Assembly: GCA_043228905.1 (NCBI GenBank)
Contig: JBHGNT010000355.1
Span: 1-32,168, forward strand
From: Azolla caroliniana
Lineage: Eukaryota > Plantae > Polypodiophyta
DNA: 32,168 nt
Direction: 5' to 3'
Shown: piece by piece, positions 25,261-32,168 of the stretch
Layout of the letters: each line of letters begins with the position of its first letter
Position numbering within the stretch: the stretch's first letter is position 1
The notes under the pieces: model-generated
The model's database searches: none
Told to the model about the DNA's origin: nothing
What the model saw: the letters and a program-made list of their open reading frames with translations, nothing else
Translations under genes and position numbers: made by a program

Positions 25261-26982
25261 ACCTGCATACTACATAGCGGACGATGACCACCTCTTGATG
25301 ACCACCTCTTGCTGCCTGCAATTACTGACATTGTTTTAATCTCTGATTCACTGATCCTCTTCGGCACTCCCAACCTTTAAGCTCCTTGATGATGGCCGTT
25401 GATCTCTTCCTGTGATGATCTTCTTCGATAGTAGCCACTGATATTTTCTCCCAATTTATCTGCCCAAAGATTGGGTCTATGTGGCATGCCCATGACATGC
25501 CAAGCTTAGTTTCTCAAAGCAAACACATCTTGAGAGCCAAGAATGTGAAAGATGTACACTTTCCTCTTCTCTAATTATATAATGCAATTGTTGCTTCTTG
25601 TGTTGAATCATCGGAGGTTTTTGTATACAATTATTATCCAATGGTAGAACCCCAGAGAACAAGTCATCATATGAGCATAGCATACTCTCTTTTTCTTCTT
25701 CTTCTTCTTTAATACAAACATTTTCCTTATCTTTTATCGCTTCCCCTTTTTTATCTGCTACAGTGGATTCATTTTTCTTACCTAACATATTGGATTGATT
25801 TGTGGGAGGAGAGGGAGGAAGAGAGAGGTTTTATTTTATTTTTAAAATCGTCCATAAAGAGGCCAATATTGACCTATGGGACCAGAGTATACATGTGTTC
25901 TTGATATATGTCTCCTTCTTAAGAAGGGGTATTCATATGTTGAAGCACAAAGTCTCTATGTGTTAATAAAGCATACACATATGAGCTCAACCTTCTAGGT
26001 GGTTTCTTAAGTATGGATCTTAAGTTATCACTCCCTCTTAGTATGTCAACATATCTTGAACAAATTGCACTATATGTCGAGCATGTGAAGAGCAAGTGAC
26101 ATTCATCCTCTACCATGCCTTCATTTCATACTTTACATGTCTTCAAATTCGTTACATTTTGATACCATGATGCAACTTCAATACCTAACTTGTGAGATCG
26201 AGTGCGAAGTAGTGTAAGGGCTCTACGAGCATTGCTACTCATATTGGTAATGAGATAAGGTTGGATATGATCATAGAGATGAGGTCGAGTGAAGAAAGCT
26301 CGGATTAAGGTGGCTATGGTGGCAAGGCCGAGGGCAAGCCATGTCCACGTGTCTTGTAGAAGCATGGAAATTTTCATGCATGTCTCCATAGCCATCATAT
26401 ATTTGTAGCTGAGGTGGTCATGGTGGTCGTGGTGCTGATGTTGATGTTGAGGTTGAGGGGAAGAAGAATAATGGTGAGGTGCACAAACCGGATTAGCCTA
26501 AACTGATTTAGGGATCGGTTTGGTTCAGGTTTAAGAAGCCCAAAACGGTTTAGGATTAACTGGTTTGGCTTGGATAAGGTTAAGCCTAAACCAAACCATT
26601 GCCGATCCCTAATCAATAGTCGAATGTTTTCGTCTAAAGCCTGGTGGACCGATTGCTCATTGGTGATTATGTCAACCCATGAGTAATTGTTTGCTCCATG
26701 CTACTGCTAGATAAGTTGGCCATAACCTAGCTAACCATGATAGTTCAATTCATGATAGTTTGCTAGATATTGCACCGCCGTCTATTGTATTTACACATTC
26801 TATAATTAATATACTTGCTATTTACAGAAAGAAAACAGAGCTTTTACAATGCAGGGTATTCAAAATTTAGGCCACCTGCAGAGGCGAATTTGCAGAATCT
26901 TCAGAAACGGCTCCATGAGGCTGCTGTAGAAGGTCTTAAGAAAAAAATAATGAATAAGAAAAAAAAGGTTAAATGCAATTAA
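14195..26982 (+). CDS. KNL2: Kinetochore-associated protein KNL2 / M18BP1 homolog (SANTA + CENPC-k), ~977 aa, 16 exons
   Basis: Exons 14195-14872, 16877-16957, 17062-17141, 17222-17366, 17449-17892, 18330-18500, 18578-18763, 19119-19316, 20850-21029, 21179-21304, 21460-21618, 21794-21946, 22236-22323, 22407-22465, 22575-22632 and 26855-26982 total 2934 nt, phase-consistent. SANTA and CENPC-k motifs are present and the tail is basic (KKKIMNKKKKVKCN). The start codon and last exon are less certain; an unspliced stop is available at 22647-22649. Confidence 0.88.
15815..16803. repeat. Tandem triplication, 3 x 330 bp, in KNL2 intron 1
   Basis: Units start at 15815, 16145 and 16475. Only two variable sites seen (ctgat/ctaat; aaattc/aaatac). 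Confidence 0.95.
17062..17490 (+). other. SANTA (SANT-associated) domain of KNL2, split over three exons
   Basis: VKLYRWYLIK...VAVGG / AAITKRNDKCRLMTQDGVEVRLIGLIDDCTTIANGFSIE / IVHMFLSGFPYTW matches the plant SANTA pattern VxLxxW...I..R....L.T.DG..V.L.G...NGF..E...FL.GFPxxW. Confidence 0.88.
20850..22250 (+). repeat. Diverged tandem array of exon+intron units in KNL2
   Basis: Four homologous phase-0 exons share the donor context GTATGTG(A/G)TTTCTGA. The acceptor context TCAG|ATGATTCCA recurs at 21179, 21460 and 22236. Confidence 0.85.
22296..22595 (+). other. CENPC-k motif of KNL2 (CENH3-nucleosome targeting)
   Basis: The spliced peptide AFGLKTSRSG|RLLVPPLAHWCSQSIVRDK|DGGIVAI matches the plant CENPC-k consensus SRSGR.L.P.L..W..Q....D.DG, including the key Arg and Trp. 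Confidence 0.85.
25195..25257. repeat. (GA)n microsatellite inside the hAT element
   Basis: About 31 uninterrupted GA units. Confidence 0.95.
25829..26274 (-). mobile_element. LINE 3'-end fragment (C-terminal Cys/His domain, 3'UTR, AAAAT tail) nested in the hAT element
   Basis: QPYL...ALTLLRTRSHKLGIE...TCKV*...VEDECHLLFTCSTY is typical of the LINE ORF2 C-terminus. Hairpin at 25860-25875; tail reads AAAAATAAAATAAAA on minus. Near-TSD AGAGAGAGG (25820-25828) / AGAGATGAGG (26275-26284). Confidence 0.75.
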
Positions 26983-27826
26983 TCTGAACAACATATACAA
27001 GGTGTCGGTTGTCGTTTGATGTTGAAATATGCTGTATAATCCCTAATTCACACTAGTAAATTGCGTTTTCACCGTGCATTTGTTAAGTTATGATTTATAC
27101 AAGTTCATTATTGTCAGCGAGCATGTATACTTTATTCAAAGGTTGAAGTAGGTGAAACAATGAGTTATGACAGCATTAATGTTGCATGTTCATAAAACAT
27201 TGCCCTGTAAATTAGATTATTTAGCACCACAAAACTTTTCCTATTATTTAGAAAGCTTTATATATTGATATTTAAAAGCAGTGACTTCTGATCTATTAGT
27301 GGTTACATGTACTATACGTGAGAATTTGTAGTCTAAATTGTGCATTTGAAAATGAGTCTAAAACGGACATTATCATGTATACAAGAAATGTGTGATTCCA
27401 ACCGTCCAGATGGTGTACTTCAAGGTGTATTATCATCTTGCAAGAGCAATTCGTCATTATATGGTTGACAATTGCTTTGTATTTCAAGACCATTCAGTTT
27501 GAGCACTGTCTTACCATCCTGGATCTCTTTATTATATGCCAGCAGTCAATGACTTTAGTAGAAAGGTGCGGGTTTATTTTCTTTGACAGAAGGCCAAAGC
27601 TTTTAGCAACATAAAAAAATGGTATAAATTTGTTAAGTGTGAGTTTGGTAAGTTGTAGGAGCTACGACTTGATCAAGATGGTGAATTCTTATTGTTGAAT
27701 CATGTGAATATTGCCATGAGCCTGGCATTAAGTGCCAACTCACAATCGCATACAAGTACAATAAGTATGGCATTGTGGAATGTTTGAATGGAATTGTTGT
27801 TGAATTGTTGTTGAGATGGCAAACAA

Positions 27827-27881
27827 GAACTCATTTCTTTGACATGAAAAGATGATGTCCTAACCACGAGACCAAAGGGAC
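27827..27881 (-). pseudogene. trnE: 3'-truncated tRNA-Glu(TTC) pseudogene, plant mitochondrial type
   Basis: Minus strand GTCCCTTTGGTCTCGTGGTTAGGACATCATCTTTTCATGTCAAAGAAATGAGTTC closely follows my recollection of land-plant mitochondrial trnE(UUC) (GTCCCTTTCGTCCAGTGGTTAGGACATCGTCTTTTCATGTCGAAGACACGGGTTC...). The rest of the T-arm and the 3' acceptor strand are missing. Confidence 0.65.
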
Positions 27882-29293
27882 TTGGCTCTAAAAACCTGAT
27901 GAACACATATTTGAATCAACTGTACATCCAGCCAAATGCTTATGGCAATGGTCTCCAAAACCAAAGGTTAAGAGCTCGAGTCCCTTTTCTCTTGATTACT
28001 CGACTTGGTATGAAGAGGTTGTAGGTTTCTTTACCTTGTTTTATCACTTGAATAGTCGAGATGACCTAGAATAGGCCTCTCTCCAAGCCCATACATGTCT
28101 ATTGCTAGGGTTCTTCCTCATCCATAATACTTTGCAAACTTTTTAGTTGGTTAAACTGTGCTATTTCTCTTGGAAATAGAGGATTCATCAATCCCCCCTT
28201 CTCGTATGTAGGTACAACCTATTTGGAGATACGAATGATGTTAAAAGGCCATTGTTGAAGTAGAGGGGATGATAACTTTTGTGAAGGCAAAGCTTGGAGT
28301 AACATAATTGAATGATTATTTGGGTAATAATAGAATCTAATGCTACTTTTGCTTTCATTCAACAAAAGCAGTTGCTTTGGTTGCTTGACATTTGTTGTTA
28401 AACATTTTAGGAGGGTGTATAAGGACCTACTGTTCTCTATGGCGATGTACAATTGCTTCATATCAAACTACTAAGTGTCTTCACTATTACTAGACCTATA
28501 TAAATCAAGCCTATTTGGGTCTTTGGGTTGTCCAATGACAACCAAACCATCTTTCTATTGTTTCCCCAACCACTCAAACTCTTTTACTAGATTCTTGGTA
28601 GTCCCTTTCCCAAAGAAAATTGGGAAGTGTATCTTTGTAGGTTGGCATACAGTTAGCCACCCGGGTTGTTCAATCTCGAAGGTATGGTTCGGGCATGTGT
28701 TGCTTGACCCAACAATGCATCGAAGCAATGATCACAATAGTTTACATTCTCAATTAGAGCTACATGAAGGCACTTCAAGGGAAGACACCACAAGAAGTGT
28801 ATTCGGGCCAAAAACCTTCAATGTTGTAGTAGGACCTTTGGGTGCACATGTTAAACACATGATCTGGACATTGATAGGAAGTTGAATGCTAAAACCAAGA
28901 AGTGTATCTTTGACATCAAGTAGAGTTGAAGGCTTCTCAACTCTATGATTCAGAGGCAAGAAAGATGTTGACAATTTGTGATGTGTTTGATGAAGAACAA
29001 TCACGCCTAGTTGAAAAATGGGTTCTTAGGTTATCCCATCAATCAAAGATGTATTCCAGCCAATGGCAATCTATTTTCTAGGAAAATACATTAAATACTT
29101 CTTAAATTTTAAAGTATTTTTAAAAAACTGTAAACATTTAAAAATTTTGAAACTTATTTGAAATGTTGAATACTTGTTAAATACATAAACTATGTGAAAT
29201 ATTACAAAATGGCAATTCTAAAACATAGAATACGTGTAGAATACTTTATAGTATTCTAAAACGCAGAATACACGTTTCTTAACAACTATGACT

Positions 29294-30600
29294 AAGAAGG
29301 TGATAGGCACCAAATGGGCGTGGAAAGCAAAGTATAATGCAAATGGTTCTTTTGAGAAGTTCAAGGCTAGGCTAGTAGCGCAAGGGTACTCCCAAATCGA
29401 AGGATATGATGTACAAGAAATGTTTGCCCGGATAGCTTGAATGACGGCAAGTCAAATGGTCATAACTTTTCTTGAATCAAGAGCATGGGTGATTAATCAG
29501 ATCAATGTCACAGTGGTAATTCTGAATGGGCATCTAAATGAGGATTTATATATGATGCAATCACACTAGGGTTTAAATTGTTGAATTTAGAAAATAAAAT
29601 TTTCAAGTCGAAGAAGGTAGTGTATGGTTGGAAATAAAGTTTGAGCTTGGAACAAGACAATAGACAATTTCTTACAATGGATTGACTTTAAGCAATGTGC
29701 TTCTGATGCAAGAATATATACAAGAACAAAGGATGGGAGACAAATCATCATTATCATCGACGTGGATGATAAGTTACTTAGAGGTATCTATGAAGAGTAC
29801 ATTGGCCAAAGACAAGGGTGTTTGTAAAACGAGTTTGAAGTGACAAACTTGGGGATTTTACACTATGTTTGAACAATGTTTGGCAAACCTTCGTTTGCAT
29901 CTTCATGCCACAATAAAAGTTTGTGACAAAGATCTCGAAGGCCTTTAGGATGATTGACTATAAGCTGATGTTGACTTTGATGGAGTTGAATCACAAGCTA
30001 TCCCAAAAGACCCTTCATTGATGGTTGACATAAGGAAGTACACACATCTGATAAGGAATCCAATTTTCTATACAACACTAAGGTGAATATTTGCGTTGCA
30101 GTCGGTTTAATAAGTTGATTAAACAACAAACTGAAAGAGACTCATTGGAAAGCTATGATGTGTGATTAATGTACATAGTGGGTACTTTAAATTATGGAAT
30201 CTTCTACAAGACAATAACATGACCTTGGCCGTTAGCCACACAATTGACAAACTTCGTGGCTATCAGGGCCGTAGATAGTTATTCTTGAAAATCGATTTCT
30301 GGATATTATTTTCCAATGGGTTTTAGAGTTCTTTCTCGGAGCAGTAAAAAGCAACCAATGGTGGAATTCTCTTCGGCGAAGGCAGAATAAAAAGCAACAT
30401 TGCTTGGCCATTTCTTGGAACCCCACAATTCATCATATACCAAACCCATTTCTTGGAACCCCACAAAATGGATAATGAGATTGTTGAGCTTGAGTATTGT
30501 TTGACATCAACCCATTGAGGGGTTTGTTAGATATAATCAATGATCAACCCCAAGTTGTTAGTTTATCCATTTTTAGAGGGCACATTTTTATAATATCACC
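29294..30600 (+). mobile_element. Degenerate Ty1/copia retrotransposon: RT-RNase H remnant, PPT and start of 3' LTR
   Basis: KVIGTKWAWKAKYNANGSFEKFKARLVAQGYSQIEG, IDVDD (YVDD-like), HWKA, SSKKQPMVEFSSAKAE; purine tract GAGGGG (30517-30522) followed by TGTTAG at 30525. Many stops. The LTR end was not located. Confidence 0.85.
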
Positions 30601-31159
30601 TCAAATGAGGAGTAACTATTATCGAACTTCGCCATATGGGTATCAATGTGGGAAACCCGTAAATGAGTAGGAAAGAATGCGTTTAGCAAAAAGTGAAGTA
30701 GGGTAATAAAATTGACTAGTCAAGCCAACTAAAAGAGTACTCTTTGTTGGTCGGTTAAGATATACTTACTCTTGAAGTATATGCCATTGACTTTAAGACA
30801 AGCAATATCCACCACTAGCTTATATTTGGGAAGCTAGGTCATATTAAATGGCAAGTTGATAGAAAAGGAATATCTCCACATAAGAAAAGGAATATCAAAT
30901 GACTTGCACATTATATAAATAAGAAGAAACACATAATATAAATATCTAGTCCATGTCCTACACAATTCTTGTGGCTATTATTGTGTTAACTAACTATACA
31001 ATCGACTAGTCCAAATCCCATCTAGGTGTGAGTGCAATGGAGGACTACCATTGTGAACTACTCTCATATATAGTACAAAGTTTGTATTGACCCCATTGTG
31101 AGCTACTCTAAAGTGTTATAGAAAGTTTGTATTAACATATATACATTTACATGAGTGTA

Positions 31160-31730
31160 ACTTTATATGCCTATCTAGTCAATTCTCAATATTTTTGATA
31201 ATAGCTCATGAGCATCTTTGGAGGCACATGGGGGATTTTGTGTACCAAGTGAATATAGTCTTGCAATTTCCAAATCTATGAGAAGGTTAAGTTTTGCATG
31301 TATATCTATAATGAGATTTCAGAATTTTTGAATAGCCATGTTGGTTTTAAGCAAAGATGCCCACAAATGACCTATCTAAAGGAAGAAGACATTGAAGAAG
31401 TTGTCATGGGGAATGTAGTTATTGTGGTTTTGTTGTACACAAATGATATGATGTTTTTTGTAAATACGTAAGAAGTTGCACAAAAGTTTGTAAGGACATT
31501 GGAAGAGTTTTGCATGAATACTAAGTTGATAAAGAATAGCTTGAAAACAAAGGTTATGTTTGTCATGAGCCAAAATAAGGGTAAACCAACCATACATTAT
31601 GTATAACAATGAAAACACTTGAGACTATGGAAAGTTTTAAATACCTTGGCCTTGAAATTTCCTCAAATCATACAAGGAATGAATGTGCTATATGTCACTT
31701 AGAGCTGGGAAAGTGAGCATATTCTTTTCT
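31160..31730 (+). mobile_element. Degenerate LINE reverse transcriptase fragment
   Basis: EHLW..., VGFKQRCP (GVKQGCP-like), VLLYTND (LLYADD-like), NSLKTKVM and ESFKYLG; interrupted by stops and frameshifts. Confidence 0.75.
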
Positions 31731-32168
31731 GAATTAAGGAGACCCCACACATCAATACATGTTATAGCCCATCATGTTGTTTGCCTTCCAAACCATGACT
31801 TCAATATGACTTAGCTCACACTCACTATAATGTGATACATGGTGTTGGGGGACAAGTGATGTGATTAGTCGATTGTGCACACTTTTCCCTAAGCAAGTTT
31901 AGGAGTTTGAGATAGCTCTGATCACATTTAGTTATGCTTTTCACAAATTGTTGACCAAACTTAATCCTTGCATGAATTTATCTCACAGTTGCTATGTGCA
32001 CTTTCAATTATGGCATTCATTAGTCAAGTTCTCGAACATTGATAATTGCTACTCACTTTCACATGTATTACATAAAAAATGTTATATTTTTGGTCTCCTA
32101 TTGGACCCTTAAGACTAACAAAATCTTTTTTTCTTTCTTTTTTTTCTTTTCGTAAATCAATGTTTGTT

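Larger units (their letters stand above)
24903..26611. mobile_element. Non-autonomous hAT element (1709 bp) inserted into a LINE RT
   Basis: TIRs TATGGATCGGC / GCCGATCCCTA (Ac-like TAGGGAT). The 8-bp TSD copies ATTGATAG (24895-24902) and ATCAATAG (26612-26619) both derive from ATCGATAG by CpG decay. Subterminal GGCTC/AAACC repeats at both ends. Confidence 0.85.
23538..26745 (-). mobile_element. Degenerate 5'-truncated LINE (RT plus C-terminal region), split by the hAT element; coding remnants ~26745-26620 and 24894-23538
   Basis: Minus-strand remnants TIMV..., GFRRKHSTID | HMVILRIIMEES*LQGKMIYCCLVDFQKVFD, SNMGIK and LYAND (LYADD-like), with many stops and frameshifts. The 3'UTR may extend to ~22740. 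Confidence 0.8.

Noticed and set aside
13060-26792. The 54-bp inverted pair as TIRs of a 13.7-kb Pack element or as inversion breakpoints around KNL2
   Set aside because: No TSD flanks the pair, and the phase-compatible last KNL2 exon lies outside it in the same orientation.
27950-29010. Possible decayed gypsy gag/integrase remnant on the minus strand
   Set aside because: The composition is coding-like, but I cannot identify a motif with confidence. It needs TBLASTX against a TE library.
29080-29290. Second hAT MITE (ends ...AACTATG, with AATAC subterminal repeats)
   Set aside because: Only one plausible terminus and no matching TSD were found.
30408-30466. 21-bp direct repeat CCATTTCTTGGAACCCCACAA
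   Set aside because: It lies inside the decayed copia RNase H region and is most simply a deletion or repair scar.

Overview
AT-rich, intron-containing land-plant nuclear DNA; a fern-like origin is my inference only. Three spliced genes can be rebuilt with in-frame GT-AG junctions: deoxyhypusine synthase (DHS, minus, ~4016-7167), peroxin PEX13 (minus, 9240-12728) and the centromere-licensing factor KNL2/M18BP1 (plus, 14195-26982; SANTA domain plus CENPC-k motif), which is divergent from PEX13. The rest is transposon debris and local duplications: a TSD-flanked hAT MITE upstream of DHS, a three-layer nest (LINE > Pack-like hAT > LINE 3' end) in the last KNL2 intron, decayed copia and LINE RT fragments, a mitochondrial-type trnE fragment, and near-identical 182-bp and 330-bp tandem duplications. 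I see no clear new multi-gene system. The most unusual features are the KNL2 architecture (tandemly amplified symmetric exons just before CENPC-k, and a long low-complexity N-terminal extension), a 54-bp inverted copy shared by the PEX13/KNL2 promoter and the LINE junction 13.7 kb away, and an overlapping uORF at the DHS start. Coordinates were counted by hand and no database searches were run.
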